Origin: Spirosoma sp.
GTDB taxonomy: Bacteria; Bacteroidota; Bacteroidia; Cytophagales; Spirosomataceae
Length of the DNA stretch: 64,000 nt
Assembly (NCBI RefSeq): GCF_048594605.1
Contig: NZ_JBMDWV010000364.1
Span: 5,916-69,915 of the forward strand
Direction: 5' to 3'
Shown here piece by piece: positions 36,875 through 46,250 of this stretch. A program made the position numbers and the translations under genes. The notes beneath the pieces are model-generated. The model saw only the letters and a list, made by a program, of their open reading frames with translations. It did no database searches and was not told the DNA's origin. The first letter of the stretch is position 1. Every line of letters starts with the position of its first letter.

Positions 36875-38023
36875 ATGCAACGGAGAACGTTTATTCAAAA
36901 TACAGGACTGCTTACTGCGGCACTCAGTACCACCGGAACGGGTCTGTTCGCTACGTCACAGCTGCAGACAACAGCCAAAAACAAACTGCCGAAATGGAAG
37001 GGATTCAATCTGCTGGATTTCTTCTCGCCCGATCCAGCGAGTAGCCGCCCGGCCACAAAAGAGGATTATTTTAAATGGATGCAGGATTGGGGGTTCGATT
37101 TTGTCCGAATACCGATGGCATATCCGGCTTATCTGAAATTTGATCGGAGTCGTAATATCACGCCCGAAGAAGTATATCAGATTGATCAGCAGGCAGTTGA
37201 TCGGATTGATGCATTGGTCGCGACGGCCCATAAATATAACCTGCACGTTAGTCTGAATCTGCACCGCGCACCGGGCTACTGCGTGAATGCGGGTTTTCAC
37301 GAACCTTATAATCTTTGGACCGATCAGGCGGCACTCGATGCGTTCTGCTTTCACTGGAACATGTGGGCCAAAGGATATAAGAACGTATCATCACAGAAAA
37401 TTAGTTTTGATCTGCTCAATGAGCCCAGTATGCGGGCCGACATGAACGATCAGCATTCCAAACACAGTACTGTACCGGGCGCTACGTATCGTAAAGTGGC
37501 GCAGGCTGCATCAAGCGCTATCTGGAAAGAAAATCCGAAACATCTAATCATTGCCGATGGTAACAATACGGGTAGCTCAGTCATCCCGGAGATTGCTGAT
37601 CTGAACATTGCACAGAGTTGTCGGGGTTATAATCCGGGCATTATTTCACACTACAAAGCACCCTGGGCTAATAAAGATCCGGACAATCTTCCCGAACCCA
37701 AATGGCCGGGACAGGTTGGCGATAAATACCTGAGCCGCGCCATGCTCGAAACCTTCTATCAACCCTGGATTGATCTGGTCAATAAAGGCGTAGGTGTGCA
37801 TTGTGGCGAGTGCGGCTGCTGGAACAAGACGCCCCATACTGTATTTCTGGCCTGGTTTAGCGACGTACTGGACATTCTGACCAGCCACGGTATTGGCTTT
37901 GCCCTCTGGGAGTTTGTCGGTTCGTTTGGTATCCTGGATTCTGGACGTACTGATATCGCCTATGAAGATTGGCACGGCCACAAACTAGACCGTAAGCTGC
38001 TGGATTTAATTCGGAAGGTGTAA
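36875..38023 (+). CDS. Glycoside hydrolase family 5, Tat-exported
   Basis: Tat leader MQRRTFIQ, GFDFVRIPMAY, LNLHRAPG, FDLLNEP (acid/base) and HCGECG (nucleophile). Confidence 0.92.
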   Translation: MQRRTFIQNTGLLTAALSTTGTGLFATSQLQTTAKNKLPKWKGFNLLDFFSPDPASSRPATKEDYFKWMQDWGFDFVRIPMAYPAYLKFDRSRNITPEEVYQIDQQAVDRIDALVATAHKYNLHVSLNLHRAPGYCVNAGFHEPYNLWTDQAALDAFCFHWNMWAKGYKNVSSQKISFDLLNEPSMRADMNDQHSKHSTVPGATYRKVAQAASSAIWKENPKHLIIADGNNTGSSVIPEIADLNIAQSCRGYNPGIISHYKAPWANKDPDNLPEPKWPGQVGDKYLSRAMLETFYQPWIDLVNKGVGVHCGECGCWNKTPHTVFLAWFSDVLDILTSHGIGFALWEFVGSFGILDSGRTDIAYEDWHGHKLDRKLLDLIRKV

Positions 38024-38055
38024 GTTCTTTCGAAATCGTAAGAGGCTGATGACGA

Positions 38056-38129
38056 TACGACCCCTCCGGGGTCAAATGTTTATAGTACGAAAGCGGTTTC
38101 TATAAACATTTGACTCCGAAGGGGTCGTA
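38056..38129. mobile_element. REPIN-like element (inverted doublet of REP-like units)
   Basis: 30-nt arms match at 28/30 positions with a 14-nt spacer. Each arm carries its own GACCCC-nnn-GGGGTC-type hairpin. Confidence 0.65.
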
Positions 38130-38211
38130 CTTATCCGCTTTACTGTTATCCTCAACCATCACACCCTATCGGGACGTAGCATTTCTTTCTCAAAAATATT
38201 TTCCATTCGCC

Positions 38212-38238
38212 TGTAATGTTTTCTGATTTCAGTCGTCT
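38212..38238 (+). promoter_or_regulatory. ECF-type promoter (probably autoregulatory)
   Basis: TGTAAT-N16-CGTCT, 11 nt before the ECF sigma ATG. Confidence 0.55.
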
Positions 38239-38249
38239 TTGTCACTGAA

Positions 38250-38768
38250 ATGGATCTACAAGCCTTCAAGCAACGCATACTGCCCGTGCAGGGACGCCTT
38301 TTCCGGCTGGCTCAACTGTTTCTTCGAAATCGTGAAGAAGCGGAAGATGCCCTGCAGGACGTATTGCTCAGGCTCTGGACCAATCGGCAGCAGTTGGATG
38401 CGTATCACAGCGTAGAAGCACTCGCCGTTCAGATGACTAAAAATCTCTGTCTGGATAAGCTGAAAGCGCACAGTAAGCGGAAAATGGCTGACGAAGCCGA
38501 TATGCTGAGTGTGCAGGCTGAGGGCTTTTCACCTTATCAGCAACTGGAATTTGCGGACAGTGCCGACTTAATCCGTAATCTGATTGACACGATGCCTGAC
38601 CAGCAAAAATTGATTCTTCATTTGCGCGACGTTGAGGAGTATTCGTTTGAGGAAATCGAGCAGATAACCGGCCTTAGCGTCAATAATATTCGGGTGATTC
38701 TGTCGCGGGCGAGACAACGGCTGCGGGATAATTACGTAAAAGCCAACGATTATGAAGCAGGACATTGA
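38250..38768 (+). CDS. ECF sigma-70 factor
   Basis: EEAEDALQDVLLRLW, KNLCLD and LRDVEEYSFEEI...VRVILSRARQRL. Confidence 0.95.
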   Translation: MDLQAFKQRILPVQGRLFRLAQLFLRNREEAEDALQDVLLRLWTNRQQLDAYHSVEALAVQMTKNLCLDKLKAHSKRKMADEADMLSVQAEGFSPYQQLEFADSADLIRNLIDTMPDQQKLILHLRDVEEYSFEEIEQITGLSVNNIRVILSRARQRLRDNYVKANDYEAGH

Positions 38769-39540
38769 AAAGCTACTGGGAAAGTATTACGAGGGCGAAA
38801 CATCATTGGCTGAAGAAAAGCAATTGCGCAATTTCTTTCAGCAAGCGGAAATTCCGACTCACTTACAGCATCACGCTGAGCAGTTTCGCTACTTCGCCAA
38901 CGTTCGGAATCAGCACCCATCGGCCGCGTCGATCAATCAGTTGGCCAACAAATTAAATGCGCCGGAGCGGGGCCGGGTCATTAGCCTGACAGCGTGGAGT
39001 ATGCGTCTGGCGGCCAGCGTTGTGCTCCTGATTATTGGCTTTGCCGGGGGCTTGCTGTATGACCAGTGGCGTTCTATACCAAATACCGAAACTAACGTAG
39101 CGTCAGGTAACGTAGCACCCGCGATCGAGATAAAAAAAGTGCTGGCGTTTGAGCAACAGCCTAAAACATCGGCCAGCGAACGTATTCAGGCCGTTAATCA
39201 AAGCTATGAACTTACACAAGCCGACCAGGAGATTACCCAACTGTTGCTCAATACCTTGAACTTCGATGCAAACGTAAATGTACGACTAGCTGCCTGTCAG
39301 GCGCTGGCACGTTTCGAGAGTGAGCCAACGGTGCGTGATGGATTGATTCAGTCGCTGAAAATTCAAACCGATCCAAACGTTCAGATCACGCTCATCGAAG
39401 TTCTGGTCGCCATTAAAGAGAAACGAGCTGTTGCGGAAATGCAGCGTCTGGCGCAAAATCAGCAGGCACTGGATGTAGTACGCCTAAAGGCAGAAGAAGG
39501 AGCAAACCAGCTGGCTCACAATGAAAAATCGCCGTCGTAA
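38752..39540 (+). CDS. Anti-sigma factor with periplasmic HEAT repeats
   Basis: LL.KYYEGETSLAEE, single TM (AASVVLLIIGFAGG), NVNVRLAA..AL and DPNVQITLIEVL. Overlaps the sigma gene. Confidence 0.85.
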   Translation: MKQDIEKLLGKYYEGETSLAEEKQLRNFFQQAEIPTHLQHHAEQFRYFANVRNQHPSAASINQLANKLNAPERGRVISLTAWSMRLAASVVLLIIGFAGGLLYDQWRSIPNTETNVASGNVAPAIEIKKVLAFEQQPKTSASERIQAVNQSYELTQADQEITQLLLNTLNFDANVNVRLAACQALARFESEPTVRDGLIQSLKIQTDPNVQITLIEVLVAIKEKRAVAEMQRLAQNQQALDVVRLKAEEGANQLAHNEKSPS

Positions 39541-39588
39541 ACGAGCGGTACAATTCAGTAAAAACCACCAATTAATTCAAGTTTATAT

Positions 39589-40368
39589 ATGAAAACGTTA
39601 TTGATGCTAGGCGTTGGTCTGGCGTGGTGTTTCGCTACGGCCAATGCGCAGGAATACAAAACCAAACTAACGAATTCGAAAGATAGGAAAGTAACGATTG
39701 AGATGGACGCTGCCCAACTCAAAATCGAAGGCCACAATAGCGATGAGGTTATTATTCAGGCGTCGACGGGCTACGAAGCGGCACCGGAACGAGCCAAGGG
39801 ACTAAAACCAATTTACAATACGGCTGTCGATAATTCCAGCATCGGTCTGGCCGTAACGCCCGAAAGCGGTGGACTGAAAATCGAAAAAGCGGCCCGTAAA
39901 CAAATTACATACACGATTAAACTACCTCGAAAAGTAGCGATTCTCTATCAGGAAACGAACTGGCATGGCTCAAACATCACCATAAGCAACATGGATGGTG
40001 ATCTGGAAATCCGCACAAACAACTCTGCGATTGATCTCAACAACGTAACCGGTCCCGTCGTCGCCAACACCATCAACGGCGAAGTAAACATTGTTTACTC
40101 CAGTCTGAGTCAGGAAAAACCAACTGCTATTTCTACCATCAACGGTCCCATCGACATTACCTTACCTGCCAACGCCAAAGCAAATCTGAAACTCCGGTCA
40201 GTAGGCGGGGAGATGTATACGGACTTTGATCTTGGCATGAAAAATTCAAAAGATGGGCTGGCCAAGGTAGGCGGTGGACGTAACATCGATGGATCGACCA
40301 ACGGTGGTGGCGTAGAGATGCAACTCAAGACCATCAATAGCAACATCTATATCCGTAAACAAAAATAG
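39589..40368 (+). CDS. DUF4097 family beta-strand repeat protein
   Basis: Signal peptide. Repeats TNNSAI, TINGEV, TINGPI, SVGGEM and TINSNI. Confidence 0.85.
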   Translation: MKTLLMLGVGLAWCFATANAQEYKTKLTNSKDRKVTIEMDAAQLKIEGHNSDEVIIQASTGYEAAPERAKGLKPIYNTAVDNSSIGLAVTPESGGLKIEKAARKQITYTIKLPRKVAILYQETNWHGSNITISNMDGDLEIRTNNSAIDLNNVTGPVVANTINGEVNIVYSSLSQEKPTAISTINGPIDITLPANAKANLKLRSVGGEMYTDFDLGMKNSKDGLAKVGGGRNIDGSTNGGGVEMQLKTINSNIYIRKQK

Positions 40369-40391
40369 ACCCCTTATTTCTGTCTGGTACC

Positions 40392-41090
40392 ATGAAAAAG
40401 ATTTTATTCCTACTTCTGCTTGGCCTGCTCATTCGCCCGGCTTTTTCGCAGAAAATCATTGAAAAATCACTGCCTGTTACGGCTGGCCAGTTGGTTAATC
40501 TAAACCTGAAATTTGCCGATAGCATCCGGGTACGGTATTGGGATCAGCCCAACGTATCGGTACGTATTTCGGTTACAATCAACGGTGGCAAACTGAATGA
40601 TGCGCTGACCGTAGCGACCGGTTCAACGGATAAAGAAGTTAGTCTTAAAACCGACTTCGATCAAGAACTTATCAAGCAGGGTAAAGACGAAGATTGCCCC
40701 AAACGCAATTACTCGATGAACGTCAATCGCGATGGAAAGGGATACAGCGTTTGTAGCAATATTAATTATCAGGTATTTGTGCCCCGGCAGGCGCAGCTGA
40801 AAATCGAAACGATCAGCGGTAATATCGACATTCAGGGTGGAACGGCTCCCGTTTTTGCGAAAACCATCAGCGGCTACGTAGATATGACCTGGCCCAAGTC
40901 GAAAGGGGCAAATCTGGCGATGCAAACTATCACCGGAGAGGTTTACTCGGACCTTGACATTGCATTCACCTCGAAGAAGCAAAAGAATCCAATGGTCGGT
41001 TATCTGCTGGAAGGAACCGTTAACGGTGGAGGTCCTAATGTGCGGCTGGAGTCGATTAGCAACAATGTTTATTTACGAAAGAAAGAGTAG
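40392..41090 (+). CDS. DUF4097-like beta-strand repeat protein
   Basis: Signal peptide. Repeats TISGNI, TISGYV, TITGEV and SISNNV. Confidence 0.8.
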   Translation: MKKILFLLLLGLLIRPAFSQKIIEKSLPVTAGQLVNLNLKFADSIRVRYWDQPNVSVRISVTINGGKLNDALTVATGSTDKEVSLKTDFDQELIKQGKDEDCPKRNYSMNVNRDGKGYSVCSNINYQVFVPRQAQLKIETISGNIDIQGGTAPVFAKTISGYVDMTWPKSKGANLAMQTITGEVYSDLDIAFTSKKQKNPMVGYLLEGTVNGGGPNVRLESISNNVYLRKKE

Positions 41091-41294
41091 CATTTGGTCC
41101 GGGCGAATAGGGTTGTTGATAGCATGGAAGCCCTTAAAGTCAATCGAGAAAAACAAATCGTTTACTACGTTATATTACAATATTGCTGATGTGTAGAACT
41201 TTATCCCTTCTATCCATTAGAATAAAAAATAAAGTGCTTATTTGAGGGTGCCGACTCGCTGGATAGTGAAGTCTCAATCCTCATTTCATAGCAC

Positions 41295-43418
41295 ATGAAA
41301 ACGGTTACGTTCCTTTGTCTGACTATAGGCTTACTTCTCACCCGAACAACTTCCGTACAATCGCAAACGTTCTCACTGGAAGCGGTTAAAAGCTACCCTT
41401 TTCCAACCGAACTTACCAGCTCGGCGCAGGGTTCGCGCATTGCGTGGGCATTTGATGAGCAGGGAAAACGAAATGTGTACGTAGCGCAGGGACCTGACTT
41501 TACGCCCAGAAAACTGACTAGTTTCGATACGGATGAAGGTCAGGAGATCAGTAGTCTCTCGATTTCTGCCGATGGAAAATGGGTTGTTTTCGTGCGCGGG
41601 GGCGACCATGGTGCCAACTGGGACGATGAACTACCCATCAATACCAATTCCAGCGCTGTACCGCTGAACGTAACAATCTGGTGTTTTCCGTTTGCCGGTG
41701 GCGAAGGAAAAAAACTAGCTGAAGGCGACGCGCCGGTTATTTCGCCCAAAAGCGATAACGTAGCGTTTGTAAAAAGCGGACAGGTTTGGTCGGTGCCCGT
41801 CAATGGGTCGTCAGCCGCTAAAGCATTATTCACCGCTCGCGGCACTAACAGTTCGCTCGAATGGTCGCCGGATGGTTCAAAACTGGCGTTTATCTGCGAC
41901 CGGAAAGATCATTCATTTGTTGGTGTTTTCACGAACGAAACAACGCCCATTACCTGGATTGCCCCTTCCTTCGCAAATGATAAATCGCCACGCTGGTCGC
42001 CGGATGGTACGCGCATTGTGTTTGTGCGCACACCCGGTAGTGGTGGTGCTCCCGACTCGTTACTGGTGCGCCGACATCGCCCCTGGAGCATCTGGACCGC
42101 CGACGTAGCATCGGGCGCAGCGACACAACTCTGGGAAGCGCCCAAAACGCTGGCGGGTTCCGTACCGACAACGCACGGCGGATTTAACCTGCATTGGACC
42201 GCTAACGAACGTATTGTTTTTCTGTCGTATCAGGATGGGTGGCCACACCTGTATTCGATGGCTACGTCCGGTGGAACGCCGTTATTACTCACGCCGGGTT
42301 CGTTTATGGCCGAGCACATTACGTTAAGTCACGACCGAAAATGGCTGGTTTTTAGTGGAAATACGGGGTCGGATAAGCAGGACATTGACCGCCGACACGT
42401 AGTACGGGTACCGGTTGATAAAGCCGCGATGGAAGTACTCACGCCCGGCAATGGCCTCGAATGGATGCCCGTAGTTACGGGTGAGGGCTCCACAATAGCG
42501 ATGATCAGTGCTACGGCTCAGCGACCACCGTTGCCAGCGGTGATGGCTTTTTCAAAGGGGACGCCTAAAATTCTGAGCCAGAACCTTGTGCCTGCCAATT
42601 TTCCCACAAACCAGTTGGTGACCCCAAAGCAGGTTACGTTTAAAGCGCCGGATGGCATGACGGTTCATGGACAGCTTTTTGAGCCGGCTGGGGGCGCTGC
42701 CAAAAAACCAGCTCTGATTTATGTGCATGGCGGCCCTCCGCGTCAGATGCTTCTGGGCTGGAACTACTCCGATTATTACGCTAATTCATATGCGTTGAAT
42801 CAGTATCTGGCTAGTCAGGGCTTCGTTGTTTTGTCGGTCAATTATCGCTTAGGCATTGGGTACGGATACGAGTTTCACCAACCAGCTAAAGGCGGAGCTT
42901 CGGGTGCATCCGAATATCAGGACGTTCGGGCAGCAGCTGTCTGGCTATCGGAACAACCCCAGGTCGATGCTGCTAAAATCGGAATTTACGGTGGTTCGTA
43001 CGGTGGTTATCTGACCGCTCTTGCGCTCGCCCGCGACTCAAAACTCTTCGCGGCTGGCGTTGATATTCATGGCGTACACGACTGGAGCCAGCAACGCTAC
43101 GGTGGTGCCCAGGCTGATCGGGCTGAAAAAATACCTGACCTGGAACAGGCCAATAAAGTGGTTTACGAATCGTCGCCAATTTCGTCGGTAAAAACCTGGA
43201 CATCGCCCGTGCTGATCATTCATGGTGATGATGACCGGAACGTACGGTTTAGCCAGAGTACGGATCTGGTCCAGCGGCTAACGAAGCAGGGCATACCGAT
43301 GGAAACACTTGTTATTGTCGATGATACACATCACTGGATGAAACACGCCAACGCGCTGAAAATGAGTGCGGCAACGGCCGATTTTTTTAAACGCAAGCTG
43401 ATGAAGCCAAAACAGTAA
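41295..43418 (+). CDS. S9 family peptidase (prolyl oligopeptidase / acylaminoacyl peptidase)
   Basis: WD40/PD40-like propeller (WSPDG repeats), YVHGGP, GGSYGG nucleophile, HGDDDRNV and DDTH. Confidence 0.94.
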   Translation: MKTVTFLCLTIGLLLTRTTSVQSQTFSLEAVKSYPFPTELTSSAQGSRIAWAFDEQGKRNVYVAQGPDFTPRKLTSFDTDEGQEISSLSISADGKWVVFVRGGDHGANWDDELPINTNSSAVPLNVTIWCFPFAGGEGKKLAEGDAPVISPKSDNVAFVKSGQVWSVPVNGSSAAKALFTARGTNSSLEWSPDGSKLAFICDRKDHSFVGVFTNETTPITWIAPSFANDKSPRWSPDGTRIVFVRTPGSGGAPDSLLVRRHRPWSIWTADVASGAATQLWEAPKTLAGSVPTTHGGFNLHWTANERIVFLSYQDGWPHLYSMATSGGTPLLLTPGSFMAEHITLSHDRKWLVFSGNTGSDKQDIDRRHVVRVPVDKAAMEVLTPGNGLEWMPVVTGEGSTIAMISATAQRPPLPAVMAFSKGTPKILSQNLVPANFPTNQLVTPKQVTFKAPDGMTVHGQLFEPAGGAAKKPALIYVHGGPPRQMLLGWNYSDYYANSYALNQYLASQGFVVLSVNYRLGIGYGYEFHQPAKGGASGASEYQDVRAAAVWLSEQPQVDAAKIGIYGGSYGGYLTALALARDSKLFAAGVDIHGVHDWSQQRYGGAQADRAEKIPDLEQANKVVYESSPISSVKTWTSPVLIIHGDDDRNVRFSQSTDLVQRLTKQGIPMETLVIVDDTHHWMKHANALKMSAATADFFKRKLMKPKQ

Positions 43419-43561
43419 TGGCTGCTTTGCTGCCTCATAGGCTGATAAACAGCCGCTGAAAAGCGTCACAACGGGCGATTTGATGAATGGATCGCCCGTT
43501 ATAGTTGGTAAAATGTGATGATTCTCATCGTCGAAAACGTATGAGGAAGAACTAGTTAGTA

Positions 43562-45979
43562 TTACTTCAGCAACTCGTTTAAACTGTATTGCTTTCCTTT
43601 TACGGTAGTCAGTGTGACTGCTCTGCCAGCATACGTAACGGCACATTTCCCGCCAACTTTCGACAAAAGGAAGCCCGAGACTAGTTTACCGGCTTTCCAT
43701 TTCATGCTGATATCGAATCCGCCACGTGCACATAAACCTTTTACCTCACCTTCTTTCCAGTTGGTGGGAAGGGCAGGCAATAATTCAATCTGACCCCCGT
43801 GGCTTTGCAACAGCATTTCGGCAATGGCCGCCGTGCCGCCAAAATTTCCGTCGATCTGAAAAGGTGGACACACGCAGAACAAATTCGCGTAAGAACCACC
43901 CAATGATTTCCCTGATGGACTTTGCGTATCAATCGGCTGAAGGAGATTATTGAGCAGTTTAAGCGCCCGATCTCCGTCGTGCAATCGAGCCCAGAAGCTG
44001 ATTTTCCAGGCTAGCGACCAGCCGTTGCCTCCGTCGCCCCGTGCCTCCAGCGATTGGCGGGCTGCCTGCCCTAAAACCGGCGTTTTGTGGTACGTTATCT
44101 GATCACCAGGATACAAGGCAAACAAATGTGATACGTGCCGGTGCGTGGATTCTGTTTCCTTAAATTCCTGGAGCCATTCCATCAGGCGCCCATCCGTTCC
44201 AATCGTCGGTGGAGGAAGTTGCGCACGAATGGCTTCAATTTTCGTAAGGGTCGGATTGGTAATTCCGAGTTCATGAGCCGCAGCCAGCGTATTGGTAAAC
44301 AGATTGTAAATCACCTGATGGTCGTGCGCCGGTCCCATGCTGATCTGACTTTTACTGCCATCGGGAGCGATAAACGTATTTTCAGGTGAAACGGCTGGTC
44401 CTGATACGTACTGATTAGTGGCTGGATGTTTTACCAACCAGTTCAGATAAAACTCTGAAGCAGATTGTAATAAGGGAAGTACCTTCGACAAATAGGGTTT
44501 GTTCAGCGTAAATGCGTAGTGTTCCCACAAATGCTGACTCAGCCAGGCGCTGGCACCCACATGCATACCCCAGCTCGCCTGTTCGCCTGGTGACGTATAG
44601 CCCCAGACATTCGTAATCGGGTGCATGACCCAGCCGTTCGCGTTGTATTGCACACTAGCCGTTCTGGAGCCTGGTTCTTTCAGGGAAGTGATCAGATCAA
44701 TTAGCGGCATATGAAGTTCGGAAAGATTCGTTACTTCAGCAGGCCAGTAATTCATCTGTACGTTTACGTCGGTATGATAATCGCCATTCCAGGGCGTTTG
44801 TAATTCATTGGCCCAGACGCCCTGCAGATTGGCTGGTAAGCTGCCGGGACGTGACGAGGAAACAAGCAGATACCGTCCATACTGAAAATACAGCGCGTAT
44901 AAGTGTGGGGCATTATGCGTACGGGCAAGCGTTGCGAGGTGTTCATCAGTAGGCAGCGTATCGTTTGACTGGGCACTAAGCTGTAACGTAACACGGTTCA
45001 TGAGCGATGAGAAATCTGCTACGTGCCTTTGCCGAAGCGTTACGTATGGCGTTCGCGTTACCGCATCTGTTGTCTTTTTTAGCTGTTTCTCATAATCGGC
45101 GTTTAGATAGTCTGGATAATGTAGGCGGTAGTTGGTTGCTGACGTAATGAGCAGTGTTACGTCGGTAGCGTTCGAAATCACCAGTCTGTTGCCTTGCGAG
45201 GTTAACGTACCACCCTTTATAATCGGTGTTACGTGTACTTTATACATCATACCATCTCCGCCAGTGCCATTGTTGAGCGCCCCAGTCATTGTCAGTTGGC
45301 TCCGGTCGGCTGTGGTTGTAAAGCGTTCCGGACGATCAAGTGAAAGTGTAAACGAAAGGGCTTTTGGCTGAGAGGCTGCGAGGTGTACAATAATAGCTTT
45401 GTCGGGGTAACTGGCGAAAACTTCCCGCGTATAGCGAACGCCATCCTGTTCGTAGCGAACAGACGCGATTCCATTCATTACGTTCAGGTCGCGGTAGTAA
45501 TTTTTGTAGGGCGCTTTCCTGCCGAAATCCAGCCACAAATCTCCCAGCGTTTGAAAGCAGCCGAAGGGTACAGAAGCGCCATTGCCGTTGCCTGAGCCAG
45601 CCCCTTTACAAATCTGTGTTTTGTTGGTAAGCTCAGTGGCTTCTTTAAATTTATTGGCAAACAGCAGGTCGCGGATCTGCTGGAGCGAAGCGGCTGCAAC
45701 AGGATTGTCATTGTCGGCAGGACTACCGCTCCAGAGGGTTTTATCATTAAGCTGAATACGTTCCCGATGAACGTCGCCAAATACCATAGCGCCCATAAAG
45801 CCATTACCAACGGGCAAGGCATGGAGCCAGGCCGGATTATTCTGCCAGCCATTAGAACCATCAGGTACGGAAGCATCAGCCGGTTGTTTGAACCACAATT
45901 TCATTGGTGCCGATTGCTGGGCAAAGCCGGAGGCAGGCAGTAAAAAAGCGAAAAGGATAAGCCTGGCAAAACGGCGCAT
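43562..45979 (-). CDS. Glycoside hydrolase family 95 (alpha-L-fucosidase-like)
   Basis: LPVGNG.MGAMVFG, FQYGRYLL, NLQGVW, NVQMNYW, HRHVSHLFALYP and PPFQIDGNFG. Confidence 0.95.
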   Translation of the reverse strand: MRRFARLILFAFLLPASGFAQQSAPMKLWFKQPADASVPDGSNGWQNNPAWLHALPVGNGFMGAMVFGDVHRERIQLNDKTLWSGSPADNDNPVAAASLQQIRDLLFANKFKEATELTNKTQICKGAGSGNGNGASVPFGCFQTLGDLWLDFGRKAPYKNYYRDLNVMNGIASVRYEQDGVRYTREVFASYPDKAIIVHLAASQPKALSFTLSLDRPERFTTTADRSQLTMTGALNNGTGGDGMMYKVHVTPIIKGGTLTSQGNRLVISNATDVTLLITSATNYRLHYPDYLNADYEKQLKKTTDAVTRTPYVTLRQRHVADFSSLMNRVTLQLSAQSNDTLPTDEHLATLARTHNAPHLYALYFQYGRYLLVSSSRPGSLPANLQGVWANELQTPWNGDYHTDVNVQMNYWPAEVTNLSELHMPLIDLITSLKEPGSRTASVQYNANGWVMHPITNVWGYTSPGEQASWGMHVGASAWLSQHLWEHYAFTLNKPYLSKVLPLLQSASEFYLNWLVKHPATNQYVSGPAVSPENTFIAPDGSKSQISMGPAHDHQVIYNLFTNTLAAAHELGITNPTLTKIEAIRAQLPPPTIGTDGRLMEWLQEFKETESTHRHVSHLFALYPGDQITYHKTPVLGQAARQSLEARGDGGNGWSLAWKISFWARLHDGDRALKLLNNLLQPIDTQSPSGKSLGGSYANLFCVCPPFQIDGNFGGTAAIAEMLLQSHGGQIELLPALPTNWKEGEVKGLCARGGFDISMKWKAGKLVSGFLLSKVGGKCAVTYAGRAVTLTTVKGKQYSLNELLK

Positions 45980-46250
45980 AAGCTGTTACGTTATGGGTGA
46001 TAGTTACTTAAGTTAGGATGTGCTACGTTACAGTAAAAGATCAGTTTTTCTGATTTCTTACTACGTGCTCTCTTTGTCGTGCTTGCCAGTTTCTGGAAAT
46101 AACCGACCGTTCGCTAAATCACTCAGTATCAGTAGACCAATGTAGCATCCATTTCGCGTACTTACTGCACATTTCGCGTGCGATTCATTGGCTCTGGACG
46201 TAACATCCCTGATGCTTCAGCAAGTACTACGTCCTTCACCCTTCTTCTGC

